Shown here: positions 50,878-61,236 of the stretch, one piece after another | How the letters are laid out: each line of letters starts with the position of its first letter | Numbering within the stretch: position 1 is the stretch's first letter | Source of the DNA: Promethearchaeota archaeon | Lineage (GTDB): Archaea > Asgardarchaeota > Lokiarchaeia > Sigyniarchaeales > SOKP01 | Direction of reading: 5' to 3' | DNA: 64,000 nucleotides | NCBI GenBank assembly: GCA_016839555.1 | Contig: JAEOUA010000005.1 | Span: 1 to 64,000 of the forward strand | Translations under genes and position numbers: made by a program | The notes under the pieces: model-generated | Seen by the model: the letters and a program-made list of their open reading frames with translations, nothing else | The model's database searches: none | What the model was told of the DNA's origin: nothing

Positions 50878-51582
50878 TTAAAGTTTTATTTGTGCCTCCT
50901 TTCCAGACTTAGTAATCATTAGCAACGCAACAAAGAATATAACAGAAATTAATAGCGTCAATACGGGCCATCCTTCTCCTATCCAAATAAAACTGAAGAG
51001 CATAATTGGCACAATGAAAATGGCAGTTATTACAACAAGAACAGGAAGCGGAAGTGCTTCGTCTTTTATGTCAAGGAGCAAGGGAACTATTATAAAAATG
51101 CCAAGAGCAGTTACTAATATTCGAAATGCTAAACCTAAGCTAGAACTCAAGGCAGGATCAAATATATCGGGTGTATAGAAGTACCAGAACTTTGCTGTAA
51201 AATTATTTCCAAGACCGAAAACTTCATAAGGCTTTAAGTAGGGAAGTACCTCGGGTAAAATTGCAGAGAGGATTATCTGTAAAACAACTGCCATAACGAA
51301 AAATGCGAATATATCATCATATTCCTTCGTTTTCCTATATACAAGTATCATATCACGGAGAATACACAAAATCCATAGAATGAAAAGGATAATATACACG
51401 TATATAATGGAATATGCTCCAAATAATTCTACCCCCCATAGATAATTAACGGGTAGAAGTGCTACTATGTATGCCAAATAGCGGTATCTCTCATTTCTCT
51501 TAAAGATATCAAAAAAGAGAAACACCCCAAATAAAATGATAAAAGTGATAAGAACAATCAGACTATTTGTATCGAGAGCCAT
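50878..51582 (-). CDS. hypothetical membrane protein
   Basis: About 7 hydrophobic helices. Confidence 0.8.
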   Translation of the reverse strand: MALDTNSLIVLITFIILFGVFLFFDIFKRNERYRYLAYIVALLPVNYLWGVELFGAYSIIYVYIILFILWILCILRDMILVYRKTKEYDDIFAFFVMAVVLQIILSAILPEVLPYLKPYEVFGLGNNFTAKFWYFYTPDIFDPALSSSLGLAFRILVTALGIFIIVPLLLDIKDEALPLPVLVVITAIFIVPIMLFSFIWIGEGWPVLTLLISVIFFVALLMITKSGKEAQIKL

Positions 51583-51767
51583 AATAAATTCAACTTTTTA
51601 TTTTTTTAAATCATAAAAATTGGTTTTTTTTATATATAAATATTGCTTTAACCTTATTTAATTTATCATAATCCAATTTTTAAAAAATAAAATAATTATT
51701 TTCTATCCTTTAACACAATTTCAATTTTATCAATCATTTCTTTTTTTTTGTTAATATCATCTGATTC
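51572..51767. repeat. ~200-bp direct repeat, left copy
   Basis: TCGAGAGCCATAATAAATTCAACTTTTTATTTTTTTAA...TAATATCATCTGATTC; matches 53514-53713. Confidence 0.85.
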
Positions 51768-52056
51768 GCTTATGATTAAAAAAATTGTTCAAGGTTATAG
51801 TTCTGCTTAAAATGGCTTTAAAGTAAAAAGTAAAAAATGTTTAAAATCACCATAGAAAAAAAATTATTTACTAAAAGTGCAAAAAAATAAAAAAATAAAT
51901 TATGTTGTAAAAATATATATTTTTTGAAGTTCCACTTGCCGATATTTATATTTTTGAGGTTCTAAGATGGAAAAGCTTTCAATTAAATTAGAAAGATTAT
52001 TTCATTATTGGAGCAAAGTTATTAGATATAAATATTATTAAAGAGAATACATTAAT

Positions 52057-53439
52057 ATGAAAAATATAAATGAAAAAAATAATAAGGAAATTCATTCTTT
52101 AAGAGGTCATCTATTTTACTCACTAGGTGCTATTCCATCAGCTCTCCCCTATAATATGATTTCTGGGAGTATTTTACTATTTTATGAAACTATTGTACTC
52201 TTGGAACCATACTTATTTGGAATCGTGTGGATTCTTTATGGAATATGGAATGCTATTAATGACCCGCTAATTGGATATTTTATGGATAAAATTCATTTGA
52301 AAAAAGGTCGGAGAATTCCATATATTATATATGGGACAATACCTTTAACATTAGGTTTCATATTTTTATGGTGGGTTCCTTATCCGAGTTCAGCACAAGC
52401 TTTAATTTTTTTTCATTGCTTAATCATGTTATTCCTTTTTGATTTGGGTTTTACATTATGCATGATAAGCTGGTCAGCATTATACACTGAAATGTACGAA
52501 ACAGAAAAAGAAAGAGCTTCTGTCGTAGCGATTAAAGACTTAATAGCATTTATTTCATCTTTTGTGGGAATACTTTTACCTACATTATTAGCAGCAGCAA
52601 TTAGTTGGGAATTGACTGGTATTATAATAGGTGCTACTATACCTATTACAATGCTTCTTTCAATCCGTGGAAGTCAAGAAAAGAAAGAATATCAAATTGA
52701 TAAGCCACTATCCTTTATTTCTGCGTATAAGGAATCATTTTCTAATAAACCATTTATTATTATCGCTTTAACTTATACATTAATTGATTTTACTTTTGGA
52801 TTAACAATCATGGTTTTGCCTTTATTTGCTAAATTTGTACTTTTAGTTCCTAAAGGAATGGAAGGAATTACGGCTGCAGGCGTAGCTATTGGAGTCATAG
52901 CAAGTGTTCCTATATGGAAATGGTTTTATGCTAACAAAGGTCCTAAATTTGGTTTATTGGCAGCACTTTTATTTTATTCTCTAACAATTTGGCCCTTATT
53001 TCTCTTTTCGGACATGATAACATTAATAATATTCACCATTATTCCTGGGCTTGGAATAGGCGGTATGTTAATGACTGAACCAGCAATCAGTGCTGCTATA
53101 GATTATGACGAAATTAAAATAAAAAAACGTAGAGAAGCCACATTTAATGGTATTCTTACACTAATTGCAAGATTTTCTATTGTTCTTTCAGGAATTACTC
53201 TAATAATAGTGCAAGAACTGACTGGATTCGACCAAAATATAGAAAATCCCGCCATGCAACCTACATCAGCAGTTATGGGTTTGAAAGCTTTGGTTTCACT
53301 AGTTCCAATTTTAGGAGGTATTTGCGCCGCCGTAATTTTCTTTTTCTTCCCAATTAATCTCAAAGCTTTCAATGAAATGCAGCAAAAACTAGAAATTCTT
53401 CATGAAGAAAGAAGAGAAAAATTAAATCAAATCAATTAA
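52057..53439 (+). CDS. MFS transporter, GPH (MFS_2) family
   Basis: WNAINDPLIG, GRRIPY, IDYDE...RREA. Confidence 0.9.
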   Translation: MKNINEKNNKEIHSLRGHLFYSLGAIPSALPYNMISGSILLFYETIVLLEPYLFGIVWILYGIWNAINDPLIGYFMDKIHLKKGRRIPYIIYGTIPLTLGFIFLWWVPYPSSAQALIFFHCLIMLFLFDLGFTLCMISWSALYTEMYETEKERASVVAIKDLIAFISSFVGILLPTLLAAAISWELTGIIIGATIPITMLLSIRGSQEKKEYQIDKPLSFISAYKESFSNKPFIIIALTYTLIDFTFGLTIMVLPLFAKFVLLVPKGMEGITAAGVAIGVIASVPIWKWFYANKGPKFGLLAALLFYSLTIWPLFLFSDMITLIIFTIIPGLGIGGMLMTEPAISAAIDYDEIKIKKRREATFNGILTLIARFSIVLSGITLIIVQELTGFDQNIENPAMQPTSAVMGLKALVSLVPILGGICAAVIFFFFPINLKAFNEMQQKLEILHEERREKLNQIN

Positions 53440-53513
53440 ATTAGGCACATATAAAAAATTAGTTATTTGTTAATATGAATATTAAGGGGAAAAATGTCTA
53501 ACCTTCTACTCTG

Positions 53514-53713
53514 TCGAGAGCCATAATAAATTCAACTTTTTATTTTTTTAATCCATAATGATTAGTTTTTTTATATATTGAATAATATAGCTTTAACTTT
53601 ATTTAATTTATTAATAATCCAATGGTTAAAAATGAAAATAATTACTTTCCATCCTTTAACACATTTGCAATTTCATTAATCATTTCTCTTGCTTTTTTAA
53701 TATCATCTGATTC
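53514..53713. repeat. ~200-bp direct repeat, right copy
   Basis: Includes the 3' end of the phosphomutase-like gene and a stub ATG GCT CTC GAC of the membrane gene. Confidence 0.85.
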
Positions 53714-55039
53714 TGCACTCAATAATATCGCATCTCGATATAGAGCAACTTTAACATTAGTAAAGACATCTTCTTTAATGATTTTAAGTTCATTGATAAT
53801 ATCGTGAAATGTATATCCATGCTCCTCTGCAATTTCTCGTAAACGGTTATGAAAATTACTTATCATTTCAGGAGTGGATGGAATAGTTTTATTTACTTTA
53901 ATTCCTTTGGGAAATCCTCGTGTTAGAGTGCTTAATAAATCTTTTTGCTCGGTCATTATTTTCAATAATTTTATTAATGTAAAATTGCCATCAGCGAAAG
54001 GTGCGAATTCAGGAAAATAGAATTTTAACGTATCAGAAGCGGCAAAACATGCTCGTTCTTGTTTTATTTGTCTCGATAATTCCCCAGGATAATTTTCGAC
54101 TTTTTTCACGGGAAACCCATTTTCTTTTATAAAATCTTTTACCACCGATGAAATAGCAGGAGTACATATAATTGGACTTCCCTTAGATCCTTGAATAGTT
54201 TCATCATAAGTCACAAATAGCATAAAAAGATCTTCAAAGCTTAATTCTAGTCCATTTTCATCTATATAGATGCTTCTACTCCCGTCTACATCAAAACAAA
54301 CGCCTAGATGACTATTAGATGCTTTTACTATATCCGCAGTATTTCTTATAGTTCTTATATTGGGTACGGGATAATCTCGTTGGCGATAATGAGTATTTAA
54401 TGCTATGGTTTCAACTCCAATTTCATTGAGTAATAAGGGAGTTATTCTCCCAGTAGGGCCATAGGAACAATCGACGACAATTTTTAAATCCTGTTTTTTA
54501 ATTGAATCTTTATCTATGAATTGTTGTAAAGACTTAATATAAATATCCTCAGTTTGTGGAATTGCAGTAAGTCGTCCAATTGAATTGGGTTCAATTCTTC
54601 GGATATTTTTAGGATAGCCATTATATAGATTAATAAATTTCTGAATTTCAGATGGAGAAATTTCTATTCCTTGAGCATCTAATAAGCGAATTCCCACATC
54701 TTCACTATAAAGATGCCCTCCCGAAAAATATATGCCACCACTGGCACCAAATCGCCTAATGGTAAATTGAAGTAACGGTAAAGTGCAATCCGAGAGATTA
54801 AGGAGATTAGTTCCTGTTGACATAAAACCACTGGAATATCCACGTTTAAGCATGCGACTATCATTATGATAATCTCGTCCAAACACAATAGATTCATTTA
54901 CATCAAACATACTTCCATGAACTACTCCAATCTCAGCAGCTAACTCTGGAGTAAAGACAAAATTAGCTCTTCCTACAATACGTCCATTTCTAAGAAGTTG
55001 GGATAAATCTTCTATTTCAATCTTTTCTTCAAATGGCAT
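53642..55039 (-). CDS. phosphomannomutase/phosphoglucomutase-superfamily protein with atypical active site
   Basis: GRD...SRMLKR, VVDCSYG, DVDGSR; the SASHNP loop is replaced by FSGGHLY. Confidence 0.8.
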   Translation of the reverse strand: MPFEEKIEIEDLSQLLRNGRIVGRANFVFTPELAAEIGVVHGSMFDVNESIVFGRDYHNDSRMLKRGYSSGFMSTGTNLLNLSDCTLPLLQFTIRRFGASGGIYFSGGHLYSEDVGIRLLDAQGIEISPSEIQKFINLYNGYPKNIRRIEPNSIGRLTAIPQTEDIYIKSLQQFIDKDSIKKQDLKIVVDCSYGPTGRITPLLLNEIGVETIALNTHYRQRDYPVPNIRTIRNTADIVKASNSHLGVCFDVDGSRSIYIDENGLELSFEDLFMLFVTYDETIQGSKGSPIICTPAISSVVKDFIKENGFPVKKVENYPGELSRQIKQERACFAASDTLKFYFPEFAPFADGNFTLIKLLKIMTEQKDLLSTLTRGFPKGIKVNKTIPSTPEMISNFHNRLREIAEEHGYTFHDIINELKIIKEDVFTNVKVALYRDAILLSAESDDIKKAREMINEIANVLKDGK

Positions 55040-55131
55040 ACCTATCTATAATAAATACTTTCTAATAATAACTATTCTTCCAATATATTAATGCTTATCT
55101 TTTCTTAAAATTCTGATTCTTATAAAATAAT

Positions 55132-55923
55132 TTATTCAAAATTATAAATAGAATTTTTTGTTGCTAAATGGTAATAAATATCTTTTTTTTTAAAATATTG
55201 ATTTAATCTTTTCATACCGCGATTGATAGTTAAATGCCTGCCGCTTGTGAGCACAGAAAGAAAATTAAGGGTTTTTATTTTCCCTCTTTTTAATTTCCTT
55301 TTTAAATATAATAGAGAATCAGTAAAAACCTTGTCAATCCCAAGTGAATTTGGTGGGTTTTTAAATCCTCCTGCTTTATAAAATATTTTTTTCCTAACAA
55401 TTAAATTCATTCCGGTAAGTTCGGGATATCCAAATAAATTTTTAAAAAAATAATAAATATGGGATGCGAGATTAATGAAAAAATAAGGCGTTATTGTGAA
55501 TGTTAATGAGCCTAATTTGAAATAAATTGCTTTTCCATCATAGTATTTGAATCTCGCGCTGCAGGCAAATAAGTCTTTATCTTTTTGAAATTTTTTATAG
55601 ATATTTTGTAAAAAGAAAGGTCCTATTAAGGTATCAGCATCTAAAAATAGGAGTAATTCACTTCTAGTTTTCGAAACGCCGAAATTTAATTGAAATGCTT
55701 TACCCCTTTTAGGAGCGATATATAATTTTGCATACTGCACCCTTTTTATAAAGTTATTAATGATCAAAACCGTATTATCAGAACTTTTCCCATCAATAAT
55801 AATAATTTCGTAAACAAAATTACAATTTTGATTTTTAACAGCATTCAATGTGTCTTTTATGTAGAATTCTTCATTAAAGGTGGGAATAACTACTGATATT
55901 TTTGGCTGATCTCTTTGAGGCAT
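55132..55923 (-). CDS. glycosyltransferase family 2
   Basis: SVVIPTFNEE, IDGKSSDNT, FLDADT. Confidence 0.9.
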   Translation of the reverse strand: MPQRDQPKISVVIPTFNEEFYIKDTLNAVKNQNCNFVYEIIIIDGKSSDNTVLIINNFIKRVQYAKLYIAPKRGKAFQLNFGVSKTRSELLLFLDADTLIGPFFLQNIYKKFQKDKDLFACSARFKYYDGKAIYFKLGSLTFTITPYFFINLASHIYYFFKNLFGYPELTGMNLIVRKKIFYKAGGFKNPPNSLGIDKVFTDSLLYLKRKLKRGKIKTLNFLSVLTSGRHLTINRGMKRLNQYFKKKDIYYHLATKNSIYNFE

Positions 55924-56085
55924 GGTCCTTAAATTTAATTCGCTAATTACATTAAATAGTTCTAAAAAGTTTAAATTTTTTCAATAGAACTGAAATATAT
56001 ATTTATAATTAAAAAATACTTTCATTTATTATTGCATTTTTAATAAAAAAGAGCCCCAATATACTTATAAGAAGCCACTTGAAAA

Positions 56086-57135
56086 ATGAACAAAAAAATT
56101 GTATTTTCATTACTATTATTATTATTCAATGCTATCTGTTTTATACTCTTTATTATAAATCAGTTATTTTTTGCAATTCCTCTAATAGATATCGTATGTG
56201 ATAAAATTTCTTTTTGGATGACGCTACTTTTCTATGAATATAGTATATATGTATATGGAGTCATCTTAATAGCTTATATGCTCTTATTTGTCTTTTATGC
56301 TTATGGTTATAGTTTAACATCCCGGTTTCAATTAACAGGCTCAATCTTTTATGTTTTTAGTTTATTGGGATTTGTCATAACTACTTTATTTATCTCAATT
56401 TATGCGTATATTGGGTTATTTTTTAATTATGATTTAACTCTTACTACAAGAGTTATGCTCTTCCTTCTATTTTTACCTATTATATTTGCATTTAGCCTAT
56501 TACTATTTCTTGTATGTCTCGATTATTTAATATTTCTCAATGATTTATTTACTGCCCGCCATATTTGGAAACACCGAAAACCTAAATTCGAGGTAAGAAA
56601 AGAAGGAAAAATGACATATATTGATATTAAAACAGAAGATTTTGTATTTACGCCCGTACCAATGTTAATAATTGCAAAATATCTACAGGATAAGGATTTT
56701 TCTGTTTCTTGGTTTATAAAAGGTGCGTTTAATCACGTCCTATCATTAATTATCAGATATTTAATCGGATGGCCGCGTGCTAGGAATGCATTATTTCGAT
56801 TTATGGGAATGAAAATAGGAAAAAATTGTCATATCTCTCAAAATGCTGTACCAGACCCCTTGCTTCCTGAATTAATTGAATTCAAAGATGGAAGTGGTTG
56901 TGGAATTGGAGTCAAATTATTAACCCATAATGTTATGCAAATTAAACACGCTAGCTTTTCTTTTGGAAAAATTGTTATTGAAGAAAATGCTCGTATTGGA
57001 GCGTATTCAATTATAATGCCGGGCGTTTCTATTGGAAAAAACTCTATTATAGGCGCTAATTCTGTAGTAACCAAGGATATTCCGCCTAACTCTATCGCAT
57101 ATGGAACACCTGCGAAAGTTATTAAGAAACTTTAA
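56086..57135 (+). CDS. membrane-anchored hexapeptide-repeat acyltransferase
   Basis: 4 TM helices, then GMKIG, LTH, IGAYSIIMPGVSIG..SIIGANSVVTKDIP...G.PA. Confidence 0.85.
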   Translation: MNKKIVFSLLLLLFNAICFILFIINQLFFAIPLIDIVCDKISFWMTLLFYEYSIYVYGVILIAYMLLFVFYAYGYSLTSRFQLTGSIFYVFSLLGFVITTLFISIYAYIGLFFNYDLTLTTRVMLFLLFLPIIFAFSLLLFLVCLDYLIFLNDLFTARHIWKHRKPKFEVRKEGKMTYIDIKTEDFVFTPVPMLIIAKYLQDKDFSVSWFIKGAFNHVLSLIIRYLIGWPRARNALFRFMGMKIGKNCHISQNAVPDPLLPELIEFKDGSGCGIGVKLLTHNVMQIKHASFSFGKIVIEENARIGAYSIIMPGVSIGKNSIIGANSVVTKDIPPNSIAYGTPAKVIKKL

Positions 57136-57374
57136 CGTGTAATTGGAATTATGATTTATTAATTTATATCCAGAATGAAACTTCTCTTAAGGAAAGTGTA
57201 AATGATCTATATAGGACGAACATTTTTAAGTTTAACAGGATTAGGACGTTCATTTTTATTAATGCAGAAGAAATCCAAATTACTTCTTACTATGATAATT
57301 TTAAATTATATCTGAATTTTTTATTAGGTAATCTTATAAATTAAAAAAAAAAAGATTGGTTTTGTAGAATATTT

Positions 57375-57641
57375 TTATAAACTCATAACATAACCAATTA
57401 ATAAGTAAGATACAGCAATTTCAATAATAAGCACGATTATACCGAGAATTAAACCAGCAATTCCAGCACCTCTTGAATCATCTTTTGCTATTCCGATTGC
57501 TCCAAAAATTATACCAAGAACAGCCACAAGAACAGCCACAAGAACAGCCAATATATATCCAATAAGCATCGAAAGAATCCACCAAACCACTAGACTTGCT
57601 AGAGAAAGTATTATTCCAGCGATTCCAAATCCATGTCCCAT
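57375..57641 (-). CDS. small membrane protein (DUF4190-like)
   Basis: GIIFGAIGI and AGIAGLILGII; GGGGG RBS-like run before ATG. Confidence 0.7.
   Translation of the reverse strand: MGHGFGIAGIILSLASLVVWWILSMLIGYILAVLVAVLVAVLGIIFGAIGIAKDDSRGAGIAGLILGIIVLIIEIAVSYLLIGYVMSL
57515..57550. repeat. perfect 12-bp tandem repeat x3 within a CDS
   Basis: CAAGAACAGCCA x3, encoding LAVL-VAVL-VAVL. Confidence 0.85.
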
Positions 57642-58217
57642 TTCTTTTCCCCCCTTTTTGATTTTTTTTTATGAATTAATATTCTTCTTTAAAAATTTCT
57701 AATATAAATAATTTTTATGATAGAATATTTGATGAATAAAGTAAAATTATATTATATAAAAATATTTTTTTCAATGCATTAAATAGTGAGTTGATTTTAA
57801 ATAAGTTAGTCAATTATTTTCTTACTTTTGTTGCTCATAAAATGTGATAAATAACTTTATAATCAAGTTTTAATATATTTCATTATCATTATAAACGTGG
57901 CATTTTACATTGAATCTATTATATATATCGTGATATTAATTCCAGTAAAAAAAAATTCCATCCAATAAGCAATTGCTGGCAATTATAATTTTAATGTGGA
58001 TCCCACAAAAATTATGGCATTTGCATTTTTATTAACCTTAAACACCAAGGCACATAAAAAAGCAATGGGATAATCAAGTTTAATATCTAATTTTTTTTAT
58101 TATATTCTAATTAAAAAAATAATTCTTAATAGAACATATAATCTATAAAATATTTCACATAATGTAAAAATCAAAAATTTTTAATTAGAAGTTATAAAAT
58201 TAAGATGAAGAATTACT

Positions 58218-59702
58218 TTGAAAGTTGTATTAATTAATCCTAGTCCAGTAACAGGAAAGAATGAAAAATATTATGGACAAAGCTGGCCCCCTTTGGGTAT
58301 ATTATTAATAGGAACAATTCTAAAAAAGAAAGGACATCGAGTTTTATTATTGGATCAAGCTTCCAATGGATTTAATTATGAAAAATTAATGAGATTGATA
58401 AAAAGATTTGATCCCGATGTTCTTGGAATATCTTCCATGACTATGGCATTTTTATCAAGTATAAAGATCGCTCATATGGTAAAAGCATGGAATCTAAATA
58501 TTAAAATAGTGCTGGGTCATTATCATCCAACGGTTTGTGCTAAAAAAATATTGGAAAAATATGGTCATTTAATAGATTATTGTGTGCGAGGAGAAAATGA
58601 ATATATCTTGGCAAATTTATTAGATCATCTCGAAAAAAGTCCTAACAAAAAACCAAATGATATTCTTGGAATAAGTTATAGAAACAATGACATAGTTAAA
58701 AATACTTCTGATTGTCCACTAACAATAAATTTAGATGATCTTCCCTTTTTCGACTTTTCTCTTCTCAATAAAAAATATCATCAAAATTTAGCAGGTATTG
58801 AACTTATGGATTCTAATTTTATGGGCCCTTTTTTTTCGCGTGGGTGTCCTTATTCATGTACTTATTGCGCAGTATCAAAATTTTCTAAAAGACAATATAG
58901 AATAAAATCTCCAGAACGAATGGTTGAGGAATTCTTATATTTAAATTCAAAAGGATTTACAGAGATTGCTTTTGTTGATGATAACTTTATTATTAACCGT
59001 AAAAAAGTCCTAAAATTTTGTAAATTATTAAGCAAAGAAAATCTTGATATAAATTGGCATATTGAAATAAGGGTAGATAGTGTCTCAAAACCTCTTCTAG
59101 ATCAATTAGTTTCCGCAGGTTGTAAATCCATCAATTTTGGAATCGAAAGCGCGAATCAAAGAATTTTGGACTATTATAATAAGGGGATCACTCCAGAGCA
59201 ATCCCTTAGAGCGATTAAAACAGCAAAACAAGCTAATATTAATTTCGTTATTGGTTTATTTATGCTTGGTGCTCCTTTCGAAACATTAACAGAATGTCAA
59301 AATACCATACAATTTGCTCTTAACTCTGGTCTTGATTACTTTTTCTTAAATATTGTTGAAATATTTCCTGGAATTCCAATTTGGGAAGACTTAATTTCAA
59401 GAAACCTTATCAATGAAAATCAAGGCTGGGAAACTTCTACTAGGATAATAGATTTAACACATTCAGAAGCACAGAGACAAATGCTTTTAAGTATGATTAA
59501 AAAAGCCTATAAAGAATTTATTTCCTTTAAACGAGTGAAATGGATATTCAAAACAATACCTGAAATTTTAACTAGCTCATATAAACGAAGAATTGGAATA
59601 AATTTTTTAAAAAATATTGGAAATGGAGCTAAAACCATAGTTCGATTACGTAATATGCAACTTTCTGGCTTTGGGAGATTTAAAGTAGATAAGAAAGCTT
59701 AA
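58218..59702 (+). CDS. cobalamin-binding (class B) radical SAM protein
   Basis: PPLG B12-domain start, RGCPYSCTYC, DDNF, GIESANQRIL. Confidence 0.92.
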   Translation: MKVVLINPSPVTGKNEKYYGQSWPPLGILLIGTILKKKGHRVLLLDQASNGFNYEKLMRLIKRFDPDVLGISSMTMAFLSSIKIAHMVKAWNLNIKIVLGHYHPTVCAKKILEKYGHLIDYCVRGENEYILANLLDHLEKSPNKKPNDILGISYRNNDIVKNTSDCPLTINLDDLPFFDFSLLNKKYHQNLAGIELMDSNFMGPFFSRGCPYSCTYCAVSKFSKRQYRIKSPERMVEEFLYLNSKGFTEIAFVDDNFIINRKKVLKFCKLLSKENLDINWHIEIRVDSVSKPLLDQLVSAGCKSINFGIESANQRILDYYNKGITPEQSLRAIKTAKQANINFVIGLFMLGAPFETLTECQNTIQFALNSGLDYFFLNIVEIFPGIPIWEDLISRNLINENQGWETSTRIIDLTHSEAQRQMLLSMIKKAYKEFISFKRVKWIFKTIPEILTSSYKRRIGINFLKNIGNGAKTIVRLRNMQLSGFGRFKVDKKA

Positions 59703-59765
59703 AATTTATATTTCTTAAAGCATAATTTAAGATAACATCTCTCTTAAAACACGCTGGTAATCAAC

Positions 59766-61232
59766 TTGAAATACTTTGATATTATTTTTGTTCATGCTCC
59801 AATTTTATCAGACTTAGAATTAAAAAAAAAATCAAAAATTAAACGTGGAGCATATATTTTTATTCCTATGGGAGTATTTGCCATTGCAGATTACCTTGAA
59901 AGAGAAGGATTTGGAGTTAAAATTATAAATTATCCATTAGAAAGATATCTGAATGCTCATTGGTGTTTATCTAATTATCTTAAAAATATTGAATTTAAAA
60001 TATGTGCGATAGATTTACATTGGGTTCATAATTCATTTGGTGCTATCCACGTAGTAAATGAGGTTAAAAAGGTGAATCCGAATGCGAAAATAGTCCTTGG
60101 TGGATATAGTGCTTCATATTACCATAGAGAACTCTTAAATTATTATAAAAATATTGATTGTGTAGTAAAAGGAGATGGGGAAGTCCCTCTTTTACAATAT
60201 GCTAAAGCACTTAATAACGATTTCCAATATTTAGAATCTATACCTAATATTACATATAGAAATAATCGAAATCATATAAAAGTAAATAAAATTTCTTATA
60301 TTGCAAAAAATTTAGATAATTTAAATTTTACAAATATCTCCCTCTTGGAAAATCATCGAAAATATATAGGTGATAGTAGAAAAATTATGGGAATATCATT
60401 TAATCTTGGAATTGGAAGAGGATGTCCATATAATTGTCCTCTATGCGGAGGGGGTCAGAGGGCCCAAGAGAGAATATCTGGCAGAAAAAAAGTTGTTCTC
60501 AGAAGCCCTGAAAAAGTGGTTGAGGATATTAAAACAATATTGGATAACTATCATACTAACAGCTTTTTTTTTGGACACGGGAGCTATCCCGCTAATTTAT
60601 CATATTGGAAAAAATTATTTCAACTTATCCGAAAGGAGGATTTTGATTTAAGCGCAGACTTAGAAATATGGCGATTACCATTTCCGCGAGATATGTGGTA
60701 TGAATATTATAAAACATTTAATCGTAAGCACTCATCAATTAGTATTTCTCCTCGCACAACTTCATCCAAGGTACATCAACAAGTTGCTAAGATATGCGAC
60801 CCCACTTTTAATTTTCCATTAAATCAAATCCAAGATTTAATAAAAAATGCCAACTTTTTCCGAATGCCACTACGTATCTGGCTAACTCTTGGTTATCCAT
60901 TCCAAACTCATTTAGATGTGCTTAACGATTTTCGATTCACCTTTAAATGTCTTCTCAAATATGGCACATCAATAGTAAAACCAATTACTATCATGAATGA
61001 ACCTTATTATATCTTTCCTGGATCCCCTGCCCATGAAAATCCTGAAGATTTTAACGTCTCTTTAAATCATAAATCGCTTTTACAAGTGATTCACAGTTTT
61101 AAACAATCGAAAATCTCATTCTTTTATAATGTAATAAATTACAATAATCAATATTTTTCTGGTACTACTATTCAGAATTTAAATAAGCTTTTATTCTTGT
61201 GCGCAGCACCTATGTTCTTAACGGGGTCTTGA
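59766..61232 (+). CDS. cobalamin-binding radical SAM protein (divergent)
   Basis: IPMG, DLHW, GGYSAS, GDGE, RGCPYNCPLC. Confidence 0.88.
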   Translation: MKYFDIIFVHAPILSDLELKKKSKIKRGAYIFIPMGVFAIADYLEREGFGVKIINYPLERYLNAHWCLSNYLKNIEFKICAIDLHWVHNSFGAIHVVNEVKKVNPNAKIVLGGYSASYYHRELLNYYKNIDCVVKGDGEVPLLQYAKALNNDFQYLESIPNITYRNNRNHIKVNKISYIAKNLDNLNFTNISLLENHRKYIGDSRKIMGISFNLGIGRGCPYNCPLCGGGQRAQERISGRKKVVLRSPEKVVEDIKTILDNYHTNSFFFGHGSYPANLSYWKKLFQLIRKEDFDLSADLEIWRLPFPRDMWYEYYKTFNRKHSSISISPRTTSSKVHQQVAKICDPTFNFPLNQIQDLIKNANFFRMPLRIWLTLGYPFQTHLDVLNDFRFTFKCLLKYGTSIVKPITIMNEPYYIFPGSPAHENPEDFNVSLNHKSLLQVIHSFKQSKISFFYNVINYNNQYFSGTTIQNLNKLLFLCAAPMFLTGS

Positions 61233-61236
61233 TATT

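Noticed and set aside
57830-58090. Possible membrane-gene remnant between two TAATCAAGTTT(T)AATAT copies
   Set aside because: Frames are short and broken and the repeat is AT-rich; not enough support
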